From: Nitrosopumilus sp.
GTDB lineage: Archaea > Thermoproteota > Nitrososphaeria > Nitrososphaerales > Nitrosopumilaceae
Direction: 5' to 3'
Assembly: GCA_046758125.1 (NCBI GenBank)
Contig: JBHHZR010000003.1
Location: 1,875 to 65,874 of the forward strand
DNA length: 64,000 bases
Below, one piece after another: positions 1 through 9,861 of the stretch. Position 1 is the first letter of the stretch. The number at the start of each line of letters is the position of its first letter. A model generated the notes under the pieces. The model searched no databases. It saw only the letters and a program-made list of their open reading frames with translations, and was not told where the DNA came from. Both the position numbers and the translations under genes were made by a program.

Positions 1-39
1 TCAACCTTAACTATGATGGTAATAGAAGAACAAGAAAAT

Positions 40-1191
40 CTATAATTTCTTTATAGCATCAATTACCTGATGCATTTCAGATTCAGTATTAAAAAAATGA
101 GGTGATACACGCACGATTTTCTTTTCTATGATTTCTCTGACAGCCAAAACAATATTTTGTTTTTCAAGTTTATCTACAATTTCCTGTGATTCAAATCCAT
201 CTATATTAAAAGACACAATACTAGTTCTGTGATTTGGATCATCTGGTCCATACAGGACAATATTTGGAATTTTTGATAATTCTTCTCTGAAAAGATTTGC
301 TAGATACTGATTTTTTTTATGAATATTTTTCATGCCAAAGTTTTGTAGATATTTTATAGAAGATTCTAGCCCAACCATTCCAACATAATTTCTAAAACCA
401 GTTTGAAACTTGTCTGGTAGATCTTTGAAAGTAATATTTGTATCATCATAAATTATTGCAGATTCACCGCCGATAGTGGTTGGTTCTAATAATTTACTTG
501 AATTTCTATTACAATAAAACAAACCAGTTCCCATAGGGCCACAAAGCCATTTAGAACCATTAAAGGACATAAAATTACAATGTATCTTAGATACATCAAT
601 TCCATCTATACATCCAACAGTTTGTGCACTATCAATAAAAAATGGTACTTGTTCTTGGAGTAGTTTTCCAATTTCTTCTACAGGTAAAATGGAACCAGTA
701 TTATACAATGCATGACTAATTGCAACTAATTTTGTACTATCATCAATAGAGGATTTTAGATCATCTAATTTGAAAAAACCGTTTTTGTCTATAGGGAGAT
801 TTTTAATTGATACTTTCTCTTTTAGTCTCATCCAAGGATAAAAATTTGAATGATGTTCATGTGTCATTCCACGAATTATAATATTGGAATTTGCATCGAA
901 AGATAGACCATTTGCTACAATATTGATTCCATTAGTGGTACTTTGAGTAAGAATGACTTCATCAGGTTGGCAACAGATAATTTCTGAGATTAATTTTCTT
1001 ACATTTCTTAGTTTTTCAGTCACAAATGGTTCTGAATCCTTAGAATCAGGACCAATTGAATTGTATGATATTAGAAATTCTTTCATGGCTTCAATGCTTT
1101 GAGTAGGCATCAAAGATACTGATGCGTTGTTTAGATAGATTTTATCTGAATTAGGAAAATCATCTGAGATATCTTTTGATGCTAAATTCAT
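40..1191 (-). CDS. Class-V PLP-dependent aminotransferase (cysteine desulfurase/SufS-like fold)
   Basis: Motifs YLNNAS, EHHSN, DSAQ and NGSKWLCGP (PLP Lys). The C-terminal catalytic Cys loop of SufS is absent. Confidence 0.8.
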   Translation of the reverse strand: MNLASKDISDDFPNSDKIYLNNASVSLMPTQSIEAMKEFLISYNSIGPDSKDSEPFVTEKLRNVRKLISEIICCQPDEVILTQSTTNGINIVANGLSFDANSNIIIRGMTHEHHSNFYPWMRLKEKVSIKNLPIDKNGFFKLDDLKSSIDDSTKLVAISHALYNTGSILPVEEIGKLLQEQVPFFIDSAQTVGCIDGIDVSKIHCNFMSFNGSKWLCGPMGTGLFYCNRNSSKLLEPTTIGGESAIIYDDTNITFKDLPDKFQTGFRNYVGMVGLESSIKYLQNFGMKNIHKKNQYLANLFREELSKIPNIVLYGPDDPNHRTSIVSFNIDGFESQEIVDKLEKQNIVLAVREIIEKKIVRVSPHFFNTESEMHQVIDAIKKL

Positions 1192-1214
1192 TATTATATC
1201 TGTTAAATGCTAAA

Positions 1215-1832
1215 ATGGTGTTGGATAAAAGTCCTGAGCAGTTTTTAGATAACGATTTAACACGTGTTCAAAATGAGTTTGAAAAAAACATACCAAGTAT
1301 AATATTATGTTCTGAACCTTTTCATAAAGCAGAGTTTCTAAACAAGCTAATCAATTCAATTAAGAATCCAATAATTTTTGTTGATATGGATTTACTTTAT
1401 ACTGGATATGTTGAATCTGGAATGTTACAGAAAAAAGATAATGTAACAATTTTTCATCCTAAAAGTACAAGTTGGAGTGAAAAATTTTCAGAAATCATTA
1501 CCAAGGTATCAAAAGAGAGAACTTTAGTGGTAGTTGATTCATTTAATGGAGTTTACAACATGTTTGATGATCTAGAATCTGCTCGATTCGTCAATTCGTG
1601 TATAATGCTACTATCATCTATTGGAAGAAATACTAATTCATCTCTTGTAATAACTGCAATGGTAAGAAAGAAGGAAAATGAAGAGTGGGTATTATCTCCA
1701 GGAGGAAAACAGATCATGAAATCACAAAAAACGATGACATATTTTCTTAAAAAAATTGAGAATAATCTTGTTCTCAGTACTAGTAATGATACGGATTTTA
1801 AGATTTTCACAATAGAACTTGATAATGATTGA
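1215..1832 (+). CDS. Hypothetical protein, degenerate RecA/RadB-like P-loop fold
   Basis: Probable ATG at 1215 (the ORF track start at 1176 overlaps the divergent gene). IIFVDMD and LVVVDSF strands resemble a RecA core; no intact Walker A. Confidence 0.55.
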   Translation: MVLDKSPEQFLDNDLTRVQNEFEKNIPSIILCSEPFHKAEFLNKLINSIKNPIIFVDMDLLYTGYVESGMLQKKDNVTIFHPKSTSWSEKFSEIITKVSKERTLVVVDSFNGVYNMFDDLESARFVNSCIMLLSSIGRNTNSSLVITAMVRKKENEEWVLSPGGKQIMKSQKTMTYFLKKIENNLVLSTSNDTDFKIFTIELDND

Positions 1833-1858
1833 TTTGAGCTAGATGCGATCTAAAATTC

Positions 1859-1892
1859 AAACGCCGTTATAAAATTTGAAACGCCGTTATAA
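1859..1892 (+). repeat. 14-bp perfect direct repeat (AAACGCCGTTATAA x2, 20-bp period) upstream of the ferredoxin gene
   Basis: Copies at 1859-1872 and 1879-1892, read directly. Confidence 0.9.
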
Positions 1893-1945
1893 CTTGATAT
1901 TTTTAGGCAAATTATATTAAGACCAAATTAAGAATTAATTTTGTT

Positions 1946-2245
1946 ATGCCAGTAGGAATTATTCCAGACATCGGTGAACAAATGTGTATAGGATGTGCAC
2001 TATGTGTAGAAATCTGTACTTCATTAGGACCAGATGTACTTAGAGTAAAACCAGTTGAAGGCTGGAAGAGAGGTAAAGCATTTGTATTTTATCCAGAAAG
2101 ATGTATTTCTGATGGTGCATGCATTGGTGTATGCCCAACAAAAGCAATCTTTTGGATGAGACCAATGGACTTTACTGTTGGACAACCAGTTCCACTCTAC
2201 AAGAACTCAGTCTTCGTAAAAGGTTGGACTGAATTAATCGATTAG
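1946..2245 (+). CDS. Dicluster-type 4Fe-4S ferredoxin
   Basis: CIGCALCVEIC and CISDGACIGVCP motifs; followed by a T-rich tract. Confidence 0.92.
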   Translation: MPVGIIPDIGEQMCIGCALCVEICTSLGPDVLRVKPVEGWKRGKAFVFYPERCISDGACIGVCPTKAIFWMRPMDFTVGQPVPLYKNSVFVKGWTELID

Positions 2246-2250
2246 ATTAG

Positions 2251-2279
2251 TTCATTTTTTACTTTCTTTTTCTTATTTT
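2251..2279 (+). terminator. Probable archaeal oligo-T terminator after the ferredoxin gene
   Basis: TTCATTTTTTACTTTCTTTTTCTTATTTT immediately after the stop codon. Confidence 0.5.
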
Positions 2280-3288
2280 AGATTTTAACAGCACCTGGTT
2301 TGCTTTGTTCAGAGGATTTGTTTGATTTGCCAAATTTCATGTATGCAACTATACCTAATAGCATTATTGCAGGAACTAATATTACAGCAACCAAAATTTC
2401 ATAATAGATATCAATTCTTTTTGCTGGCTGTATAACCACTTCAGATGTTGTAGATTTTTCTTGGTTATCATATACTATTGTATCAAATACAACTGTACGA
2501 AATATAGGATTATCAACAGGTTCTCTTGCAGCACTTGCTATTCCTGAAGTTCCACCACTTACAATATTTTGAAATCTAATCTCTATAGGTCCTGATTCTT
2601 CAAAGATAAAATTTCGATAATCTCCGCCAACTTGTGTCAAACCTGTATCTCTAAATACTTCTTTACCATTTTGAGTAATTATCATTTCGTATTTCATTTT
2701 ATCCAGATTAGAATTTGTAAAAGGATCATATGTCTGAAAAACAAATGCAGTCTTTTCAAAAGTTTTGATGACAGCTGGTTCCCATGAAAGATCAAATTCT
2801 ATTAATTGATCAGGTGTAAATTGTATGATTGGAAATGATTCAATCTTGGCACCAGAAGCATCATGAGGAAAATCAGGTATGTTCTCTCCTACATTTACAA
2901 TTCCTTCCATCCAAGGATGTATAATACAATAATATGAAAATGTGCCAACCTTTTCAAATTTGTAAGTCCATGAATCATTTGGCAAAAATCTCCCACTATC
3001 AAATATTCCGTCAGGTTTTCCAAAACCACCTTGTTTCTGACTCATCCATTCGAATCTACCAGTACCCTCTCCACTTGTAACAGTATGTGCTTCTCTATCG
3101 TTATTTTCCCATGTTATCGTATCCCCAACATTGATTTGAATTATTGGAGGATCATACCATACCTCTGCCGGAGTATTTAATTCAGGATTATATGCTCCAA
3201 ATGGAATTTCAACAATATATTCCTCTGCATGTACAACAGATACCGAGCCTAAAATAACTAATACCGAAAATAGTAATAGAAATTTCAC
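2278..3288 (-). CDS. Membrane-anchored blue-copper (plastocyanin/cupredoxin) domain protein
   Basis: Signal peptide, type-1 Cu ligands (EAHTV ... YYCIIHPWM), C-terminal TM helix. Confidence 0.85.
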   Translation of the reverse strand: MKFLLLFSVLVILGSVSVVHAEEYIVEIPFGAYNPELNTPAEVWYDPPIIQINVGDTITWENNDREAHTVTSGEGTGRFEWMSQKQGGFGKPDGIFDSGRFLPNDSWTYKFEKVGTFSYYCIIHPWMEGIVNVGENIPDFPHDASGAKIESFPIIQFTPDQLIEFDLSWEPAVIKTFEKTAFVFQTYDPFTNSNLDKMKYEMIITQNGKEVFRDTGLTQVGGDYRNFIFEESGPIEIRFQNIVSGGTSGIASAAREPVDNPIFRTVVFDTIVYDNQEKSTTSEVVIQPAKRIDIYYEILVAVILVPAIMLLGIVAYMKFGKSNKSSEQSKPGAVKI

Positions 3289-3435
3289 ATTGAAATTATG
3301 TAAATTTGTTAATTAAATGCTTTAGATTATTTCCATTTTTGCAAATAATTATCAATTTAAAGAATAATCTCAGGAATAATATACTCAGAAACACTAGAAG
3401 CCTTGATATTCATATAAAATAAACATAGAACAAAA

Positions 3436-5199
3436 ATGTCGATCTCATTTAATCTTGATAAAAAACTCATTTTTTTAGTATTGGTTGTGTCAGTTGTTGC
3501 TCTTTCAATAACAGGATATCTAAGCTTCAATTATGCAGATCAGATTTTAAAGCAAAGAGCAGGAGAACAGTTAGTTGGAGAATCGACAGTACGTGGAGAA
3601 ACTCTAAGATTACTTTTTGAATCACGAATTGAACAGAATAATATTCTTGCAAGTGATCCAATGATTCAACTTTTAGTTTCAGAAATGAATGATGTTCCTA
3701 CAGAGAAATTAAAAAACATTAAAGAAGATAATCGTAGAGATTTTTTAATTCAAGTTCAAGCATTTCAAGAATTAATTGGATTCTCAATAGGGTTTGAGGA
3801 TGTAAAAATAATTGGTACAAATGGAAAAGTTTTCTTTTCTCTTGTGGGAATAACAGATGAAGATTTTTTTGAGAGTTCATTATTTCAAAGAGGATTAAAA
3901 GAATCTTTCATTAAATTTGAACCTACAGAATCAGGTAAAAAAATGATTGTTGTATCTCCAGTGTTTGCTAATGACAGCAAAATAGGAGATGAACCAATAG
4001 GAGTAATTATTTCAAGAATGAGAACAGCAACAATTGATAGTGTTTTACTAGAAAGAAGTGGATTAGGAGAAACTGGAGAAGCATACATTGTCAGTGATCA
4101 GTCTTTGATGTTATCAGAATCTAGATTTATTGAAAATACAATATTCCAACAAAAAGTGGATACTCTAGGTGTTCAGAAATGCTTCAATGAAGGACAAGAA
4201 CATGTGGGAATTTATCCTGATTATAGAGGCATCTCAATTTTTGGATCTTCATATTGTGCAAAAGATTTAGGAATTGTTTTGCTTGTTGAAATTGATGAAG
4301 CAGAAGTAGAAAAACCAATTGATATACTAGAAGATAGAATTTTTCAAACGGGAATAGCAATCACTTTGGGAATGGCAATTGTTGCTTTTGTAATTTCAAA
4401 GTCACTTTCAAGACCTCTTATCAAATTAAGAGATGCAGCAAAAAATATTGAGAGTGGAAATTTTGAGGTCAGAACCAATATCAAAACAAGAGATGAAATT
4501 GGAGAATTATCTTATGCATTTGATTCAATGGCACAAAAACTACAAGATTCATTAATTGAGATCAAGGAAAAAGAAGAAGTTATCAAACAACAAGAAGAGA
4601 TTTTGTTGAAATTTTCTCAACATGTTCAAAATGATTGTGTAGGAGTAATTGATATGAAAGATTCTACTAAAATTTCAGAAAAATTATCAGATCAAAGTAT
4701 TACCAAAATGTATGAAATCTTTCTAAACTTTATGGCAAAAATTGTTCGTGAACACAATGGTGAAGTAATAAAAAATATTGGTGATGCTTTGATGTTTAGA
4801 TTTCCAAATGTTGATCCTAATGATTCTAAAGCAATAAAAAATGTTTTAGAATGTTGTTTGCTAATGATTGAATCGCATGATAAATTAAAAGAACAACTTA
4901 ATGCAGAAGATCTGCCTACAATAGATTATAAGATAAGTGCAACATATGGTTCTGTAAAAGTAGCTGAAAGTACTACTTCTAACATAGCTGATATTTTTGG
5001 ACCTACAGTTAATCGCTGTTTTAAGATCAATTCACTTTGTCCAGGAAATAGCGTAGTAGTTGGTATCAATTTGTATGAAATGGCAAAAGATTTTCCTGAA
5101 TACGAATTAATGCAGTTTTGTTCTATTGAAATGAAACAAAAATATGGTTACAGTATATTTGAGCTTAAAAGAAAAATTGTTAACTCCAAAAATGATTAA
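3436..5199 (+). CDS. Membrane sensor with Cache-like extracellular domain, HAMP and class III adenylate/guanylate cyclase domain
   Basis: Two TM helices; HAMP (SRPLIKL...DEIGELSYAFDSM); cyclase motifs IDMKDST, IKNIGDALM and DIFGPTVN. Confidence 0.85.
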   Translation: MSISFNLDKKLIFLVLVVSVVALSITGYLSFNYADQILKQRAGEQLVGESTVRGETLRLLFESRIEQNNILASDPMIQLLVSEMNDVPTEKLKNIKEDNRRDFLIQVQAFQELIGFSIGFEDVKIIGTNGKVFFSLVGITDEDFFESSLFQRGLKESFIKFEPTESGKKMIVVSPVFANDSKIGDEPIGVIISRMRTATIDSVLLERSGLGETGEAYIVSDQSLMLSESRFIENTIFQQKVDTLGVQKCFNEGQEHVGIYPDYRGISIFGSSYCAKDLGIVLLVEIDEAEVEKPIDILEDRIFQTGIAITLGMAIVAFVISKSLSRPLIKLRDAAKNIESGNFEVRTNIKTRDEIGELSYAFDSMAQKLQDSLIEIKEKEEVIKQQEEILLKFSQHVQNDCVGVIDMKDSTKISEKLSDQSITKMYEIFLNFMAKIVREHNGEVIKNIGDALMFRFPNVDPNDSKAIKNVLECCLLMIESHDKLKEQLNAEDLPTIDYKISATYGSVKVAESTTSNIADIFGPTVNRCFKINSLCPGNSVVVGINLYEMAKDFPEYELMQFCSIEMKQKYGYSIFELKRKIVNSKND

Positions 5200-6347
5200 T
5201 TTTTAGAAAATCTAAATTTTGATGTCCAACTACCTTTTTGTTTAGTTGTCTTTAATGAAAGGTTGTCTAGCATGGCATATGTAATTGTAAATCCATTTCC
5301 TACCATAGTAGCATCTTTTGGATAATTTTCTTTGTCAGGAACAAATTCATCTGCTAAATCTTTAATTTTTTTAGTTTTTAGATCAAATAGTCGTATTTTT
5401 TTTCCATTTTCAAGTTTAATGATTGCATCACCACTTAATCCTTGAATTGAATAGGTTTCAAAGAATCTAATTGAACCACCTTCTTTTAATTCAATTATAG
5501 AATCATAGGTAAGTTTTCCCCCATAAAACAAAACTTCACGTGCAGATATTGTTACATTATCTTCTACATTAAGTACAATTATTGTATCTGCATCAAGCGA
5601 GACAGTATTGACAACATTTTCAGCAACAATTTTTCCATTTGGAGCTGAAACATGTGTTCTATTTTCTTGAATCTGAAAAACACCAACTCTTCCATCTGGA
5701 TCCTCTACTCTATATTTTCTTCCAAAGATGTTTCCTACAATAATATTTCCATTATCTGCTATAATTGCAGCACCATTTTCAATTTTGTATTTATTTTCTA
5801 AAGCATCAAGAAATTTGAAATCTCCTTTAGTTAGATGTATGTTTGTTTGAAATTCTTGTGTCCATGATGGACTAGAGATATTTCCTTGCATGATTATTGG
5901 ACCATCATAAGTAAGACTTCCTGCCATAAAATTTCCTTTTATTGATAAAGCACCGTTTGCTTTTCTTTCTAGTTCAATTTCACCTAAAGTTTTTGATCCA
6001 AACAATCTTGTTGCCGTTGCATTTGATCTGTTCAAAGCAGCTGCCCATTCTTCTGCTGATTTCATTTCTTTTGAAAGTTGTTGGCCTAGGATCTGATTTT
6101 TTCTTCTAACATCAGCTTCAGAATCACCTGAATATACCCTAGAATTTTTTAGCTTTTCAATATCAGTTTCAGGATATTTTTTTCCAATCTTGAGATCCTC
6201 GTATGCTTGTTTAATTTTGATAAATTGTTCATTTTCACCACCACGATCTGAATGATATTGTAAGGCTAATCGTCTAAATGCATCTCGAATTTCTTTCTCA
6301 GTAGAATCTTCTAAAATTCCTAAAATATCATAATTACTTTCTACCAT
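5196..6347 (-). CDS. DnaJ (J-domain) protein with uncharacterised C-terminal domain
   Basis: NYDILG...EIRDAFRRLALQYHSDR...FIKIKQAYE J-domain; the HPD motif reads HSD. Confidence 0.8.
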   Translation of the reverse strand: MVESNYDILGILEDSTEKEIRDAFRRLALQYHSDRGGENEQFIKIKQAYEDLKIGKKYPETDIEKLKNSRVYSGDSEADVRRKNQILGQQLSKEMKSAEEWAAALNRSNATATRLFGSKTLGEIELERKANGALSIKGNFMAGSLTYDGPIIMQGNISSPSWTQEFQTNIHLTKGDFKFLDALENKYKIENGAAIIADNGNIIVGNIFGRKYRVEDPDGRVGVFQIQENRTHVSAPNGKIVAENVVNTVSLDADTIIVLNVEDNVTISAREVLFYGGKLTYDSIIELKEGGSIRFFETYSIQGLSGDAIIKLENGKKIRLFDLKTKKIKDLADEFVPDKENYPKDATMVGNGFTITYAMLDNLSLKTTKQKGSWTSKFRFSKN

Positions 6348-6449
6348 ATTTCCCCCAACAGTAATAATTTTTCATTCCTATACTTGTACATTATTACATC
6401 AATGAAATATCAAGGATATAGAATAAAAATGGAAAAAGTTCAGATTGAA

Positions 6450-6872
6450 CTATTTTACAACTAGTGTTGGGATCTTTGTTTTGTGCATGACATAATTTGA
6501 TGTACTTCCAAGAAATGTTTCTTTTGCACCACCCATTCCTCTTGCACCAATTACAATCATGTCATATTTCCCTTTTTGAGCAAATTTAACAATCTCAGAA
6601 CCAGTATGACCACCAGCAGTTTTGTACTTGAAAGTGATACCAGATCTTTGTGCTTTTTGCATTGCAGGGCCAATTGCTTTAGCAGCTTTATTTTGTGCAT
6701 CATCTCGCATTTTTTTGGTATATTTTATTCCTGCTGCTAAAGGTAAGTGAAATACATAAAATCCTGTAATTTCAGCACCGCTGCCTTTTGCAATATCAAT
6801 TGCTCTTTCTAATCCCCTGTTAGAATTTTTTGAACCATCAACAGGAACTAGAATTTTTTGGACATTTGCCAT
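6450..6872 (-). CDS. Universal stress protein (Usp)
   Basis: KILVPVDGS...DMIVIGARG...FLGSTS. Probable start at 6872 (track start 6890). Confidence 0.92.
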   Translation of the reverse strand: MANVQKILVPVDGSKNSNRGLERAIDIAKGSGAEITGFYVFHLPLAAGIKYTKKMRDDAQNKAAKAIGPAMQKAQRSGITFKYKTAGGHTGSEIVKFAQKGKYDMIVIGARGMGGAKETFLGSTSNYVMHKTKIPTLVVK

Positions 6873-6996
6873 ATTTGGAAGTTTAATCATTACAATATAA
6901 AAAGAGTCATCAATTTCCAGAGTTGAAATTCAAATTATAATCAGAATTGGAAATTATATCTTCAATTTTTATACAAAAAATTTATCAAATTAAGAA

Positions 6997-7851
6997 TTGT
7001 CAGTAATTAATATTTCAAAAAAACCAATTTCAATCATAAAAAATTCTACAATTTCTGATTGCATCAGAATGCTCTTAAACACTAAGATTAGTAGATTAGT
7101 TGTTATAGATGATGGAAAACATATTGGAATAATAACTGAAAAAGACATAGGATTGTTTTTGTTTTCAGAAACTACAAAACAAGGGCTTGATGATATTCTA
7201 ATTACTACTATTATGAAACCAATTGAATATGTAAACAAAGAGATCACTCCAGAAGAATCAGCTAAAATTATGATTGAAAAAGGAATTAGTTCCTTAGCTG
7301 TTGGAAAAAACGAACAAGTAGAAGCAATTTTTACTAAAAGTGATCTTGTAAAGTATCTTGTTGATAACTTTTCAGATAAAAAGAAAGTTGTTGATTTTAT
7401 GACTCATGACTATGAGTTTACTCATACTGCTGCTCCTTTGTATAAAGTTGTTAGAAAGATGTTAGAAAAGAAGATCTCTAGGATTATTGTAAAAAATCAA
7501 AATGAAGAACCAGTAGGAATAATATCATTTAGAAATTTGTTTAGGATCTCAATTGAGCTTGGAAGTGAGGAGGATTATTCTGGATTCAGTCTTTCTGAAA
7601 ATATTAGGCGTGGATTTCTATCAAAAGAAGGGTTTGGCAATATTTCATTAGCAAGAGACATTATGACAAAAGGACTAATCACGGTAAAATTTAATGATGA
7701 TTTAGTTGATGCATGTAAAATTCTCTTGGATAATAATGTTAGTGGCTTAGTAGTATTAGATGGAAATGAATCAATTGCGGGTATTATCAGTAAGACTGAC
7801 ATTATCAAAGCATTACAAGATAATATTTCTGAAGAAACAATAAATCAATGA
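6997..7851 (+). CDS. CBS-domain protein (four CBS repeats)
   Basis: Repeated VV..G...GIIT/S..D CBS motifs; TTG start. Confidence 0.85.
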   Translation: MSVINISKKPISIIKNSTISDCIRMLLNTKISRLVVIDDGKHIGIITEKDIGLFLFSETTKQGLDDILITTIMKPIEYVNKEITPEESAKIMIEKGISSLAVGKNEQVEAIFTKSDLVKYLVDNFSDKKKVVDFMTHDYEFTHTAAPLYKVVRKMLEKKISRIIVKNQNEEPVGIISFRNLFRISIELGSEEDYSGFSLSENIRRGFLSKEGFGNISLARDIMTKGLITVKFNDDLVDACKILLDNNVSGLVVLDGNESIAGIISKTDIIKALQDNISEETINQ

Positions 7852-7870
7852 CTAAATCATAATTACAATC

Positions 7871-8554
7871 ATGAAATGGCATTTTGATGATTTTATTTAT
7901 GGTGCAATTGATGGAGCTGTAACGACTTTTGCAATTGTTGCTGGTGTTGTTGGAGCTGGATTACCATCAGGAATAATTTTGATTCTAGGTTTTGCAAATT
8001 TGTTTGCAGACGGATTTTCAATGGCAGCAGCAAATTATCAGGCATCAAAGGCAAGAAATGAATTTGTTCAGATGAAAAGAAGACAAGAAGAATGGGAAAT
8101 TGATAATCTAGAGGAACAAGAGAGAGATGAAATAAGAGACATTTACAAAGAAAAAGGATTCAAAGATGAATTATTAGAAGAAGTAGTTAGAATTATCACA
8201 TCTAGAAGAAAGGTTTGGGTAGATACAATGATGAAAGAGGAATTAGGATTAATTGAAGATGAGAAAAATCCACTAGATAGTTCTTTTAGTACTTTTGTTG
8301 GTTTTAATTTGATTGGATTAATTCCATTAATACCATTTATGATTTTTATGATAATTGGTATTAAACCAAATTCAGAAGCATTTGTTTATTCTACAATATC
8401 AGTAAGTGCTGCATTCTTTCTAGTTGGAATGATCAAAGGAGAAATTGTTAAAAAATCAAAAATTCGTGCAGGGATCTATACACTTATCATAGGTGGAATT
8501 GCAGCAATTGTAGCGTATCTAGTAGGATATGGATTAAATTTTCTAGTTAGTTAG
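7871..8554 (+). CDS. VIT1/CCC1-family Fe/Mn transporter
   Basis: [18 protein letters not shown] and [14 protein letters not shown] motifs; Glu-rich cytoplasmic loop. Confidence 0.92.
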   Translation: MKWHFDDFIYGAIDGAVTTFAIVAGVVGAGLPSGIILILGFANLFADGFSMAAANYQASKARNEFVQMKRRQEEWEIDNLEEQERDEIRDIYKEKGFKDELLEEVVRIITSRRKVWVDTMMKEELGLIEDEKNPLDSSFSTFVGFNLIGLIPLIPFMIFMIIGIKPNSEAFVYSTISVSAAFFLVGMIKGEIVKKSKIRAGIYTLIIGGIAAIVAYLVGYGLNFLVS

Positions 8555-8565
8555 GAAAATAGTAT

Positions 8566-9861
8566 ATGTCTGAATTAAAGCGTCACATGGGACTTTTTCA
8601 TCTAACTATGTATGGTGTTGGATTAATTCTTGGTGCAGGGATCTATGTCTTAATTGGAGAAACTGCTGGATTTGCAGGAAATTCTATGTGGATTTCCTTT
8701 TTGTTAGGTGCAATTGTTGCAATATTTGCTGGATTAAGTTATGCTGAACTTTCAGCTTTGTTTCCAAAAGCAGCTGCAGAATACACTTTTGTAAAAAATG
8801 CATTTAAGAATAATTTTTTTGGTTTCATAATTGGTTGGTTAACAGCAATTACATCAATTATAGTTGCTGCAACTGTAGCTCTAGGATTTGGAGGATATCT
8901 TACTCAGTTTATTGAAATACCCATCACAGTTGGAGCAATTATTCTAATTGGAATTTTGTCGATAGTAAATTTTATTGGAATCAAAGAATCTGCTTGGGCA
9001 AATACCATTTTTGCAATAATTACTGCGGGGGGATTGATACTCATAATATTTTTAGGATTCTCAACAGAACCTGTTGAATCCATAGATTATTTTGAAATGC
9101 CAAATGGTATTACAGGAATAATTCTCGCATTTGTTTTGATATTTTTTGCATTTATTGGATTTGAAGATATGGCAAATGTTGCAGAAGAGGTTAGAAGGCC
9201 TCACAAAACGATTCCTAGAGCCATTATCTTATCAATAGTAATTACTGGAGTAATTTACATTCTAGTTTCATTATCTGTAATTCGAATTTTAAATTGGGAA
9301 GAATTAGCTGTTTCATCAGCCCCTCTTGCTGATGTTGCACATTCGGTTTTAGGAACAAATGGAAGCATTGCTTTATCACTAATTGCGCTTTTTGCAACCG
9401 CAAGTACTGTTTTGATTACATTGGTTGCGGGAGCACGAATCATGTATGGAATGGCAAAAAGTAACTCATTACCACAATTTTTAGGCAGAATTCATCCTAA
9501 AACAAAGACTCCATGGATTGCAGTAATTGGAATATTAGTTACTTCAGTAGGATTTGCTTTTGTTGGAGATATTGTAATTGTTGCAAATATCGTTGTTTTT
9601 GCTGTAGTTATTACATTTGCAGCAATTAATTTAGCAGTAATTGTTCTACGATATACAGAACCAGTTTTAGAGAGACCTTTTAGAGTTCCAGTAAATATTG
9701 GAAAGTTTCCAATATTACCGTTATTTGGATTTGGAACTACAGTCTATATGGCATTACAGTTTAAAATTGAAGTTGTACTTGTAGGTATAGCAATTATTGG
9801 GATTGGTATGGTTTTGTATGTAATTTTGAAAAAAAGAAATAATTTTATAGACTCTAGTTAA
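8566..9861 (+). CDS. APC-family amino acid permease
   Basis: GLILGAGIY TM1 and FAFIGFED TM6 motifs; about 12 hydrophobic segments. Confidence 0.92.
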   Translation: MSELKRHMGLFHLTMYGVGLILGAGIYVLIGETAGFAGNSMWISFLLGAIVAIFAGLSYAELSALFPKAAAEYTFVKNAFKNNFFGFIIGWLTAITSIIVAATVALGFGGYLTQFIEIPITVGAIILIGILSIVNFIGIKESAWANTIFAIITAGGLILIIFLGFSTEPVESIDYFEMPNGITGIILAFVLIFFAFIGFEDMANVAEEVRRPHKTIPRAIILSIVITGVIYILVSLSVIRILNWEELAVSSAPLADVAHSVLGTNGSIALSLIALFATASTVLITLVAGARIMYGMAKSNSLPQFLGRIHPKTKTPWIAVIGILVTSVGFAFVGDIVIVANIVVFAVVITFAAINLAVIVLRYTEPVLERPFRVPVNIGKFPILPLFGFGTTVYMALQFKIEVVLVGIAIIGIGMVLYVILKKRNNFIDSS

